From Minisyncoccota bacterium (GTDB lineage: Bacteria > Patescibacteriota > Minisyncoccia > UBA6257 > GWB1-50-10): a stretch of 42,771 bases of DNA. The translations under genes and the position numbers were made by a program. Position 1 is the stretch's first letter. Every line of letters starts with the position of its first letter. The stretch covers positions 6,442 to 49,212 of the forward strand of contig JBBDIH010000034.1 in the NCBI GenBank assembly GCA_040880505.1. The letters run 5' to 3'. This document shows positions 26,627 to 36,161 of the stretch, one piece after another. The notes beneath the pieces are model-generated. The model ran no database searches. It was not told the DNA's origin and worked only from the letters and a program-made list of their open reading frames with translations.

Positions 26627-27343
26627 ATGGAGATAGAAAATTTACTTAAAAAATATATAAACAAAACACCTAAAATAAGTGAGAAAGATTACTTATTTAA
26701 AAAATATAAAAGAATTAAACAAGAATTAAGTAAAGACTATAAAATATTAATTACTGGTTCTTATAGTAGGGGCACTTCTCTGCCTCCTTTTAACGATATA
26801 GATTTATATTTAATATTTTCTGATGATCCAAGTTTTATAGAAGAAGAAAGGCCTAGCTCCTTATTAAAAAAGGTAGAAGAAAAAGTACCTAATATTCGGT
26901 ACCTAATAGCAGGAGGCGAATTCTTATTCGCAAAAACAAATCATCCTTTAAAATCTTTAAAGGATGAGTATAAGAATAACAATGTAGAATTTCTAGGATA
27001 TGTTAGCGAAAAAAAGAAAAAAGAATTATTTGAATCTTGTTGGTTGTATGTAGTTCCATCAAGAATTGAAGGGTATGGAATTAGCGTTATTGAAGCAAAT
27101 GCTAGTGGAACGTTTGTTATTGGAAATAATGTGCAGGGACTAAAAGAATCAATAAAGCATAATAAAACCGGAATACTTGTTGATTGTACTGATATCGAAA
27201 AATTATCTAACACTATTATTAATTGGTTAAATAAAGAAAAATTAAAAAAAAAGGAAAATAATTGTAAAGAATGGGCTAAAAAACATGATTGGAATGTATC
27301 AGCAAAAGAAACAGAAAATACATTAATCAACCCAATAGGTTAA
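26627..27343 (+). CDS. Chimeric ORF: CD-NTase/SMODS-like nucleotidyltransferase N-terminal fragment fused to a GT4 C-terminal half (possibly pseudogenic)
   Basis: aa 44-60 GSYSRGTSLPPFNDIDL is a GSY.R.T...P..D.D nucleotidyltransferase motif; from about aa 87 the sequence is a paralog of the preceding GT4 (50/67 identical over FLGYV...DC). Confidence 0.7.
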   Translation: MEIENLLKKYINKTPKISEKDYLFKKYKRIKQELSKDYKILITGSYSRGTSLPPFNDIDLYLIFSDDPSFIEEERPSSLLKKVEEKVPNIRYLIAGGEFLFAKTNHPLKSLKDEYKNNNVEFLGYVSEKKKKELFESCWLYVVPSRIEGYGISVIEANASGTFVIGNNVQGLKESIKHNKTGILVDCTDIEKLSNTIINWLNKEKLKKKENNCKEWAKKHDWNVSAKETENTLINPIG

Positions 27344-28189
27344 ATCTCTACCTAATAAACTAGAAAGTTTTTTTACGTCCTCTTTGAAATAATCTTTAAG
27401 CTCATTTTCTAAATCTTCATTTAATGGTTCTTTTTTAACTTTCTTTATATTCCATTTAAAAAGTTTGTCGGAAAAGTTTATATATTTATGTAAAAATATA
27501 GCTAAAAGAGAAACTAACCTATATTTAAATGTATATCTTGAATTATAAACAGGAAAATTAGTTCTACCGTCATATTTTAAATTTAAAAAATTTAAAACTT
27601 CCTTATAAACTTTTTGAGTATCCTTAATAAAATCATCAAAAACTATAACTTTCACTTTATCTTTTTCTACAAAATGATAAAGATGTTCTAGTTGTTTCCC
27701 TAATTTTGATACCTCTCCATGATATAAAAGCTTTGGAGAGCTACATATTAAAGGTACATTTTTTCCTTTTTTACGATCATCTCTAAGCCTCCAAGCTTTT
27801 TCTGGTGATTTTGCCGTTTCATCAAAAAAGTAACGAGACAAATAAAACCTAGAATGAAATATATCTATGGGGTTTCTAACCATAACGATAAATTTAGCCT
27901 CTGGATTAAAAGCTAAGATTCTTTGGATAGCATCTTCAGAAAAAAGATACCAAGTTGATCCTTCTCCAACAGCTTTATAATTTTCTGCTCCTTGAAAAAT
28001 ATTTAAATAATCTTCTTCTTTAGTTATTTTTCTAAAATTTCCAAGATCATGAGAAAAATAATGAGGCTCTTTAGGAATAGAAAAAAATATATCAGGATGA
28101 TCTCTTAAATAAATAGATAAAGATGTAGTTCCTGTTCTTGGAGCGCCTACAATAAAAAAATTAGGTTTTTTTATATTTAATTTATTCAT
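27323..28189 (-). CDS. Sulfotransferase family protein
   Basis: PAPS 5'-binding loop IVGAPRTGTTSL, KEPHYF, GEGST.YL, K.IV..RNP...S. Confidence 0.9.
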   Translation of the reverse strand: MNKLNIKKPNFFIVGAPRTGTTSLSIYLRDHPDIFFSIPKEPHYFSHDLGNFRKITKEEDYLNIFQGAENYKAVGEGSTWYLFSEDAIQRILAFNPEAKFIVMVRNPIDIFHSRFYLSRYFFDETAKSPEKAWRLRDDRKKGKNVPLICSSPKLLYHGEVSKLGKQLEHLYHFVEKDKVKVIVFDDFIKDTQKVYKEVLNFLNLKYDGRTNFPVYNSRYTFKYRLVSLLAIFLHKYINFSDKLFKWNIKKVKKEPLNEDLENELKDYFKEDVKKLSSLLGRDLTYWVD

Positions 28190-29209
28190 GTAATAGAAAT
28201 TAACTCTAATTACTTATATTATATAGTATAAGATGAAAATAGCAGTTCTACATAGCTTTTTAGATCAGCTTGGTGGTGCAGAAAAAGTAGCTTTGACGCT
28301 AGCAAAAGAACTTAAAGCTGATCTTATAACAACAAACTTTAATCAAAAAGATATAAGCAATTTTGGGTTTGAGTCTATAAATATAAAATCTTTAGGTAAT
28401 GTTTCTAAAAAATGGCCTAAAAGGCAGCAACAAGCGTTAAATTTATTTAAAAAAAATAAATTTAATAATTATGATCTCTTAATAATAACAAGCGAATGGT
28501 CAATATCTTCAGTAAACAAAAAACAACCTGTGATTTGGTATGTAAATTCTGTACCAGAAATATCAAATAATTATTCAGAAAAACTATTAAAAGAAATAAA
28601 TAAATATACGAATAAAATTAACTTTATAATAGCTAATTCTAATAAAACGCAAAGACAAATAACTAGATACTTTAAAAAAGATTCTATTTTAATTTATTCA
28701 TGTAATAGAAATTAACTCTAATTACTTATATTATATAGTATAAGATGAAAATAGCAGTTCTACATAGCTTTTTAGATCAGCTTGGTGGTGCAGAAAAAGT
28801 AGCTTTGACGCTAGCAAAAGAACTTAAAGCTGATCTTATAACAACAAACTTTAATCAAAAAGATATAAGCAATTTTGGGTTTGAGTCTATAAATATAAAA
28901 TCTTTAGGTAATGTTTCTAAAAAATGGCCTAAAAGGCAGCAACAAGCGTTAAATTTATTTAAAAAAAATAAATTTAATAATTATGATCTCTTAATAATAA
29001 CAAGCGAATGGTCAATATCTTCAGTAAACAAAAAACAACCTGTGATTTGGTATGTAAATTCTGTACCAGAAATATCAAATAATTATTCAGAAAAACTATT
29101 AAAAGAAATAAATAAATATACGAATAAAATTAACTTTATAATAGCTAATTCTAATAAAACGCAAAGACAAATAACTAGATACTTTAAAAAAGATTCTATT
29201 TTAATTTAT
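28176..29209 (+). repeat. Tandem direct duplication, period 512 bp
   Basis: 28176-28697 repeats at 28688-29209; the 10-mer TTTAATTTAT occurs at 28176, 28688 and 29200; encoded peptides are identical over 156 aa. Confidence 0.92.
28233..28715 (+). pseudogene. Truncated duplicate of the GT4 gene at 28745 (N-terminal domain only)
   Basis: Identical to the first 156 aa of the 28745..29761 protein, then SCNRN-stop read from the duplicated intergenic DNA. Confidence 0.85.
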
Positions 29210-29761
29210 CCTCCTGTAGAAATTGATAAATTTCAGTTTAAAAAATTTGGTGACTACTGGCTTTCAGTAAATCGTCTTGATTATTACAAAAGAATAGATC
29301 TTCAAATTAAAACTTTTTCAGAAATACCTAATGAAAAACTTATGATAGTAGGGTCGCCTAAGTCAGATATTAATACAATGAATTACTTTTCGAAAATAAA
29401 ACAATTATCTCCTAAAAATATTACATTTCTAGGAGAAAAAAACGGAAAAGAGCTTATTAATCTATATGCAAATTGCAAAGGATTCATTGCTACAGCAAAA
29501 AATGAATTTTTTGGCATAACTCCTGTAGAAGCGATGGCATCAGGAAAACCAGTTGTTGCTGTTAATGAAGGAGGTTACAAAGAAACCGTAGATATAAAAA
29601 CAGGCATCTTAACAGATCCTACAAGCCATTCTTTAGCAAAAGCAATTAAAGAAGTTTCTCTTAATTTAGAAAATTATAAAGAAAATTGCATAGATAAATC
29701 TAGGAATTTTTCCAAGGAAAAGTTTATGGAACATATGAATAAAATAATTAAAAAATTTTAA
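28745..29761 (+). CDS. Glycosyltransferase family 4 (GT-B)
   Basis: GGAEKV, IANS, IYPPVE, LSVNRL...KR, FLG, EFFGITPVEAMASGKPV. Confidence 0.92.
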   Translation: MKIAVLHSFLDQLGGAEKVALTLAKELKADLITTNFNQKDISNFGFESINIKSLGNVSKKWPKRQQQALNLFKKNKFNNYDLLIITSEWSISSVNKKQPVIWYVNSVPEISNNYSEKLLKEINKYTNKINFIIANSNKTQRQITRYFKKDSILIYPPVEIDKFQFKKFGDYWLSVNRLDYYKRIDLQIKTFSEIPNEKLMIVGSPKSDINTMNYFSKIKQLSPKNITFLGEKNGKELINLYANCKGFIATAKNEFFGITPVEAMASGKPVVAVNEGGYKETVDIKTGILTDPTSHSLAKAIKEVSLNLENYKENCIDKSRNFSKEKFMEHMNKIIKKF

Positions 29762-30906
29762 TGAAGCTACAACCTTTAAAATTTAAAAGAAAAAAAGAAA
29801 ACCTAGATTTCTTACTTTCTATTATTAAATATTTCTTTAAAACAGGAGAAAAGCCTGTGTTTAATAAAAATATTTTAAAAGACCAAAGTTTTTTCTCTTT
29901 GACTAAAAATAATTCAACTATAGGTTATGCTTATCTTGCTTTAAAAGAATATGATGAATTTAAAAATACTTGGCTATATAATGAAATGTTTAATTATTTT
30001 GAAAAACTACAAAAACCACAGGATGAGAAGAATTTACACATGTTAAAAATAATTCAAAATATTGCAAAAAAAAATGAAATGCCTATATTAATTTTAAAAG
30101 AACACAATTATAAAATAAAAACAAACTACAAAAAAGGAACAAGATATTCAAGTGATTTAGATATACTTATTAAAAAATCTGATCTATTTAAATTAAATAA
30201 CATACTAATAAGTAATAATTTTGGCTTAAGATATGTTGATTTTAATTTTGAAAATACAATCTTATTTTATAGAGATGGCAATATAAAATTTAATAAAAAA
30301 GGAAAAGGAAAAAATCTTGCAAGAAATGAGCAAATAATTAAAGGAGTAAATGAAGGGTATAGAAATTTTGAGTATTCACTTATAAAAAACAATATATGTG
30401 AGTCATTATTAGAAGTTCATTTTTATCCTAATAACTACAATTATCCAAAAAGTCACCTTAATTTTGATGACTTGTGGGAAAAATCAATATTTGATAATTC
30501 TATAGGATTGATAAAACCTGAAATTAGAATTATTTATGATGCTGAACATTTTTTTACACACCTAAAATATAATAAAACTTTTGATAATGCTCACAATACT
30601 TTTAACTGCCACTTAAAAAGATTAGTGGACTTAGCTTATAATATAAGCTTAGAAGAAGAAATAGATTGGGATAAGTTAATAAAAATAGCAAAGAAAAATA
30701 ATTTATCAACACAAGCTTTTAGCTATCTAAGGTTAGGAAAAGAGTTATTAAACATAAATATACCCGAGAAAATTCTATTACAACTAAAAGATAATGCTGA
30801 AGAAACACAATTGTTTATAATTAACTTAATAGATAAATCAAAGTTATTTCAAGATAAAAGAGATTTTTGGACTTATCTTTATACTAAATTATTTTTATAC
30901 ACATAA
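29761..30906 (+). CDS. Nucleotidyltransferase family protein (NTP_transf_5-like)
   Basis: ILKE...Y..GTRYSSDLDILI, LEVHF, H...H, L.DL.......IDWD.L...A helical C-terminus. Confidence 0.7.
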   Translation: MKLQPLKFKRKKENLDFLLSIIKYFFKTGEKPVFNKNILKDQSFFSLTKNNSTIGYAYLALKEYDEFKNTWLYNEMFNYFEKLQKPQDEKNLHMLKIIQNIAKKNEMPILILKEHNYKIKTNYKKGTRYSSDLDILIKKSDLFKLNNILISNNFGLRYVDFNFENTILFYRDGNIKFNKKGKGKNLARNEQIIKGVNEGYRNFEYSLIKNNICESLLEVHFYPNNYNYPKSHLNFDDLWEKSIFDNSIGLIKPEIRIIYDAEHFFTHLKYNKTFDNAHNTFNCHLKRLVDLAYNISLEEEIDWDKLIKIAKKNNLSTQAFSYLRLGKELLNINIPEKILLQLKDNAEETQLFIINLIDKSKLFQDKRDFWTYLYTKLFLYT

Positions 30907-30908
30907 CC

Positions 30909-32483
30909 ATGAACAATAAAAATTCAAAAAAATACATAATAGAAACAATAAAAAGCTTCTTTGGATATAAATCTAAAAAGCTAAAACCTATAGAAAGACA
31001 AAATGTTTTTTTAAATTTAGTTAAAGAAACATCTACAGCAGGGATTATATATACCGCTCTTAAAGATAGTAAGGAAATAGATAAAAAAATATTAAATAAA
31101 TTAAAAAAATATTTTTCTTTAATGAAAGAGTCAGATCAAGATTTAAAAGAAGCTTTTAATGTAATTAAAAATATACCTATACCAAAAACTTTAATTAAAG
31201 AAAATACATATAAATTCTTTAATGAATATAAACAAGGAACAAGGTATAGCTGTGATATAGATATTATTGTAGACCCAGAACATATACATATATTAGATAA
31301 ATATATGCGAAAAAATAATTTCTATCTTGATGGTATTGATATAGAAAAAAATCAAAAGATATTAAAATTAGCAGCAGAAGCAAATAGAAATATAGAAAAA
31401 TATAAAGAATTAAAAGAAGAGTTAAGTTGGATTATAGAAGAAGCCAATACTTTTTCAATAAAAAATAAAAATATAAAAAAAGAGATAGATATACTAAAAA
31501 ACAACCTGGAAAAAAGCAAAAAGGAATTAAATCAAATAGAACAACTTTATAAAAAAATACTATCCCTTAATAATTTCTACATAACAAAAGAAGAAAAGGA
31601 AATAAGAAAAGAATTAGAAAATATAGAGAAAAATATAATATCTAATAAAGAAACTAAAGAAGATATTGTGTCTAAAAAAGAAATTGTATTAAAAGAAGCT
31701 AATTTATTAAAAATACTGAAAGGAAGACATAATAAAATTATAAAAGAAACTATATTTGATATAAAAAACAGAATAGAGATATTAAGTGATCTAGTGAATC
31801 ATTCCGGTGAAATAAAAGAGATAGAAAATTATTCAAAATTTATCTTAAAGGATTTAAGCAAAAGCCTAAATAGAGCTACTAAAATAAAAGAGATATTAAA
31901 TCAAAAAGAAAAAGTTTTTCATTATAATTATAAAAACACTTCTTTTGTTGATATACATTTTGAAATTTTTCCAGAATACCTCCCTTTTAGAATAAAAAAA
32001 CTAGACTTAAATAAAGAAAAAATAGATGACTACCTCTGCTCTCTAAAATTAGAAGACTCGATAATATTAGATGCATGTCATTTTGTTTTTAATCTTTCTA
32101 AGCATAATAAACCAGAACATTTTCAAGGTTTTTTAAAATATCTTATTGACCTACCATATAAGATAAAAAATAAAAAAGAATTAGAGTGGAATTACATATT
32201 AGAAAAATCAAAAGAAACGAATAGTGGTTCTCAAGTATTGTTCTACTTTAAAATAGCTAAAGATAATCTTGGTGTCCCAATACCTGAAAAAATAATAAAA
32301 GAATTAAAAAAGTCTAGTTCAAAAATTCAAAATATTATACTATCGTTAATTCCAGATTATGCTCTGCTTTTTAATGAAGTGTCTTTACCTATAAAGATAT
32401 ATAGTAAAATGTACTTGGAAAAAAATATGATCCATAAATACACTGAAAAAATGCATTATCTTTATAATAAAATTTTTAGATGA
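30909..32483 (+). CDS. Nucleotidyltransferase family protein (NTP_transf_5-like) with long coiled-coil insertion
   Basis: IKE...Y.QGTRYSCDIDIIV, then a long E/K/I/L heptad region, then VDIHF, H, YLIDL...LEWNYI; paralog of the upstream gene. Confidence 0.65.
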   Translation: MNNKNSKKYIIETIKSFFGYKSKKLKPIERQNVFLNLVKETSTAGIIYTALKDSKEIDKKILNKLKKYFSLMKESDQDLKEAFNVIKNIPIPKTLIKENTYKFFNEYKQGTRYSCDIDIIVDPEHIHILDKYMRKNNFYLDGIDIEKNQKILKLAAEANRNIEKYKELKEELSWIIEEANTFSIKNKNIKKEIDILKNNLEKSKKELNQIEQLYKKILSLNNFYITKEEKEIRKELENIEKNIISNKETKEDIVSKKEIVLKEANLLKILKGRHNKIIKETIFDIKNRIEILSDLVNHSGEIKEIENYSKFILKDLSKSLNRATKIKEILNQKEKVFHYNYKNTSFVDIHFEIFPEYLPFRIKKLDLNKEKIDDYLCSLKLEDSIILDACHFVFNLSKHNKPEHFQGFLKYLIDLPYKIKNKKELEWNYILEKSKETNSGSQVLFYFKIAKDNLGVPIPEKIIKELKKSSSKIQNIILSLIPDYALLFNEVSLPIKIYSKMYLEKNMIHKYTEKMHYLYNKIFR

Positions 32484-33244
32484 AAAACTTATCTTATTAT
32501 TATAATTTAATAAAAGAATTAAGCTGGGCCGATTTTAAACTAAAATATTACGGTTCTGTATTAGGATTATTTTGGAGTTTTTTAAAACCATTTTTAATGC
32601 TTCTTATTTTATATATGGTTTTTAATAGCTTTTTAAAGTCAGGTATAAATAACTATCATATATTTCTTCTTTTAGGTATTACTATATGGAACTTTTTTGC
32701 TGACGGCACAAAAGCAAGCCTTATGAGTATTACAAGTAAAAAAAGTATACTTCAAAAAATAAATCTCTCTCCTTTTATTGTGGTTATAAGTACTATTATT
32801 CATTCATTTTGGACATTTATTATTACATTAATAATATTTTTTATACTTTTCTTTTATTTTGGTCTGTCACTTTCAATTAGCGTATTATTATTACCGGTCT
32901 TTATTATTCTTTTAGTATTATTAATACTTGGAACATCTTTTCTGGTTGCTCCTCTACATATGAAATTTAAAGACTTTGAACATATATGGGATGTATTTCT
33001 TCAAATGCTTTTCTGGGCAACTCCTATCGTATATCAATATACTGCTGTGCCAGATAAATATTCAGATATATATTTATTAAATCCTGTAACCCGACTTATT
33101 GTTGATGCCCGAAATTCAATCATTTATGGATTCGTACCAGAAGTAAAACAACTTTTAATAACTACTGTTATTATACTTAGTATCTTTATTATTGGATTAT
33201 TGGTTTTTAAAAAATATAGTAGAAAATTAGTAGAAGAATTATGA
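32480..33244 (+). CDS. wzm: ABC transporter permease, Wzm/RfbA type
   Basis: DFKLKYYGSVLG.FWS.L.P, G...WNFF, D..HIW....Q..FWATPIVY, LNP. Confidence 0.9.
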   Translation: MKNLSYYYNLIKELSWADFKLKYYGSVLGLFWSFLKPFLMLLILYMVFNSFLKSGINNYHIFLLLGITIWNFFADGTKASLMSITSKKSILQKINLSPFIVVISTIIHSFWTFIITLIIFFILFFYFGLSLSISVLLLPVFIILLVLLILGTSFLVAPLHMKFKDFEHIWDVFLQMLFWATPIVYQYTAVPDKYSDIYLLNPVTRLIVDARNSIIYGFVPEVKQLLITTVIILSIFIIGLLVFKKYSRKLVEEL

Positions 33245-33963
33245 TCAAAATTAATAATTTAAGTAAAAAATATAATATACCTCACGAAAGAAAAAACACT
33301 TTCTTTGAAATGATGCTTGGTTACATAAAAAGCCAAATAGATTGGGAAGAATTTTATGCCTTAAAAGATATTTCTTTTGAAATAAAAAAAGGAGAAATTA
33401 TTGGCTTAATTGGTAAAAATGGAAGCGGAAAAACAACTTTATTAAAAATAATATCAGGCATTATCCCTCCGACAGAGGGAAAGGTTGAAATTGATGGTAA
33501 AGTTGCTCCTTTCCTTAGTTTAGGAATAGGATTTCACCATGAACTAACAGCAAAAGAAAATCTATATATATATGGCGCTGTTTTAGGATTAACTCGAAAA
33601 GAAGTAAACGAAAAATTATCACACATATTGGATTTTGCTGGTGTAAAAAGATTTGAGGATACGAAATTAAAACACTACTCCTCTGGTATGCAAGCTAGAC
33701 TAGCTTTCTCAATGATGATTCAAACCGACCCTGAAATATTAATAGTTGATGAAATATTTGCAGTTGGCGATAAAGATTTTCGGCCAAAATGTATTTCTGT
33801 TTTCCAAGAATATAAAGAAAAAAATAAAACTGTTCTTTTTTCTAGTCATAGCTTACGTACAATAAAAAACTTTTGCGACAGAGTTATTCTTCTTGAGGAC
33901 GGTAAAATAACTAAAATAGGTAATCCAGAAGATGTAGTAAATTATTATGCAAACAAAAAATAA
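33241..33963 (+). CDS. wzt: ABC transporter ATP-binding protein, Wzt/RfbB type (no C-terminal glycan-binding domain)
   Basis: ALKDISF, GKNGSGKTT, GF..ELT.KEN, YSSGM.ARL.FS, VDE.FAVGD.DF, SH; 240 aa. Confidence 0.92.
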   Translation: MIKINNLSKKYNIPHERKNTFFEMMLGYIKSQIDWEEFYALKDISFEIKKGEIIGLIGKNGSGKTTLLKIISGIIPPTEGKVEIDGKVAPFLSLGIGFHHELTAKENLYIYGAVLGLTRKEVNEKLSHILDFAGVKRFEDTKLKHYSSGMQARLAFSMMIQTDPEILIVDEIFAVGDKDFRPKCISVFQEYKEKNKTVLFSSHSLRTIKNFCDRVILLEDGKITKIGNPEDVVNYYANKK

Positions 33964-36151
33964 GCAATATGAAACTATTATATTAATCCCAACATTTAAT
34001 GAATGGGATGTATTAGAAGCGTGTTTACAATCTTTACAGAAACAAACATATAATAATTTCAAAATTATTGTTATAAATGATGGTTCTGAAGATCAGATAG
34101 AAAAAAAAATTAATAATAATTTTAATAATGTTGACACCTTTACTCTTGATAAAAACCAAGGTTTTGCAAAAGCAGTAAATAAAGGTATTAAATATACTCT
34201 ATCTCAATACTCTCCACATTATATTGCTCTACTTAATAATGATACTATCGTTGAAAAAGAATGGTTACAATCACTTACGAAGAAAATTAAAAAAGAAAAG
34301 AATACTGCTGCTGTTACATCAAACATGTTCTTTTATAGTAATCGAAATACTATAAACAGCCAAGGCGGAACAATTGACTGGAATGGAGATGGTTACGATA
34401 TAAACATATTTAAAGATAAAGATAGTGGGTACCAAGATAGCCAACAAGTCTTTGGTGCCTGTTTTGGGGCTTGCTTAATGGATATAAAAGCTATTAAAGA
34501 TATTGAATTATTAGATGAAAGATTCTATGCATATTATGAGGATGTTGATTGGAGCTGGAGAGCTAATCTATACGGATACAAAATATTTTTTGAAAAAGAT
34601 GCTTTTGTTTATCATCACAAAAGTAAAAGTTGGAAACAAGGAAATAGAAAATTAACTTATCTCACAAAGAGAAATTGTCTAACAAGTGCTTTAAAAAATT
34701 ACCAATTAAAAAATCTTTTACCTCAAATATCTAAAATATTTATTGGTTACTTATTATTCACTCTTGATTACTTATTTTTTCAATATAATCTTCCAAAAAA
34801 AATAAGTTTGTGGCAACGAATAAAATATATAACAGTACCCTTACAAGCTATTTATTGGAACTTAATTAATCTACCGAAAACTTTATATTTAAGAAATAAA
34901 ATACAGAATAAAAGGGTTGTAAAAGATAAAAAAATATTTGAACTTTTAGAACAAGATGAAACACCACTTCATAATTTCTTATCTTCAATAAAAAACAAAT
35001 TATCTTTTAATTATCTTTATTCAAAAATAATATCTATTTTTCATACGCCAAAAAATACTTTTGGTGTAAACATACTAGGCTATATTGATGCTCAAAGCGG
35101 AGTTGGTGAAGCTGCTAGATCTCTTATAAGAGCAGTAAAAGAAGCTAATATTCCTTATGCTTTAAACAATGAAACAACTAGCCCATCAGAAAGAGATGAT
35201 ACAAAATATAATAAAGAATTTAAAAATTATAACCCCTACCCTATCAATATCATTGTTATTAATGGTGATACCTTTAAAAATGTATTAAGGAATCGTAGTA
35301 ATTTATATACAAAAGATAAATATAATATCGCCTATTGGGCTTGGGAATTAGAAGATATACCAAAGAAATGGATACCTCTTATAAATATAGTTGATGAAAT
35401 ATGGGTTCCTTCTAGCTTTGTTAAAAATGCTTTTGAAAAACATACCAAAAAACCTATTACAATCATTCCTCACTCAATTAATATAAAGAGATCATTTTTT
35501 AACAGAAAATACTTCTCTATCAGTAATGATAAATTTGTATTCTTATATATCTTTGATTTCTACAGTCACTTTGAAAGAAAAAATCCTTTAGCTTTAGTTA
35601 ATGCTTTTAAAAAATCTTTTGAAAATAATGAAAGTGTTAAATTAATAATTAAATGTTCAAATAGTCAATCAGATCAGGAAAATTTTAAAAAAATAAAAAA
35701 CGAGACTGAACAAAATAAAAATATAGAAATAATAGATAAATACCTAACAAGAAAAGAAATATTATCACTAATAAATATCTGTAACGCATATGTATCCCCT
35801 CACCGATCAGAAGGATTTGGATTAACTATTGCTGAAGCTATGAGCTTAGGAAAACCAGTTATAGCAACAAATTATTCAGGAAATACTGATTTTATGAATG
35901 AAGATAATAGTTTTCCCGTTGATTATAAACTCATAGAACTAAAAAAAGATTATGGTCCTTACAAAAAAGGAAATGCTTGGGCAGATATTAATATTAACAA
36001 ATTATCTAAATATATGAAGTATTTATATGAAAATCCAAAACAAATTAAAAATGTATCAGAAAATGCGATAAAAACTATTAATTCTCTTCTTTCTCCTAAA
36101 GCTATTTCAAAAAAAATATCAGAAAGATTAAATATTATTTATAAAAAATAA
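33947..36151 (+). CDS. Bifunctional GT2 + GT4 glycosyltransferase
   Basis: N-terminal GT2 (IPTFN, NDGS, N.GFA.A.N, LLNND, EDVD..WR); C-terminal GT-B (GVGEAAR, W.WEL, DE.WVPS, FERKNP, SPHRSEGFGL.IAEAM). Confidence 0.9.
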   Translation: MQTKNKQYETIILIPTFNEWDVLEACLQSLQKQTYNNFKIIVINDGSEDQIEKKINNNFNNVDTFTLDKNQGFAKAVNKGIKYTLSQYSPHYIALLNNDTIVEKEWLQSLTKKIKKEKNTAAVTSNMFFYSNRNTINSQGGTIDWNGDGYDINIFKDKDSGYQDSQQVFGACFGACLMDIKAIKDIELLDERFYAYYEDVDWSWRANLYGYKIFFEKDAFVYHHKSKSWKQGNRKLTYLTKRNCLTSALKNYQLKNLLPQISKIFIGYLLFTLDYLFFQYNLPKKISLWQRIKYITVPLQAIYWNLINLPKTLYLRNKIQNKRVVKDKKIFELLEQDETPLHNFLSSIKNKLSFNYLYSKIISIFHTPKNTFGVNILGYIDAQSGVGEAARSLIRAVKEANIPYALNNETTSPSERDDTKYNKEFKNYNPYPINIIVINGDTFKNVLRNRSNLYTKDKYNIAYWAWELEDIPKKWIPLINIVDEIWVPSSFVKNAFEKHTKKPITIIPHSINIKRSFFNRKYFSISNDKFVFLYIFDFYSHFERKNPLALVNAFKKSFENNESVKLIIKCSNSQSDQENFKKIKNETEQNKNIEIIDKYLTRKEILSLINICNAYVSPHRSEGFGLTIAEAMSLGKPVIATNYSGNTDFMNEDNSFPVDYKLIELKKDYGPYKKGNAWADININKLSKYMKYLYENPKQIKNVSENAIKTINSLLSPKAISKKISERLNIIYKK

Positions 36152-36161
36152 ATTACTAATA

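Noticed and set aside
28176-29209. Diversity-generating retroelement template/variable repeat pair
   Set aside because: Copies appear identical with no adenine-specific differences and there is no reverse transcriptase in the window.
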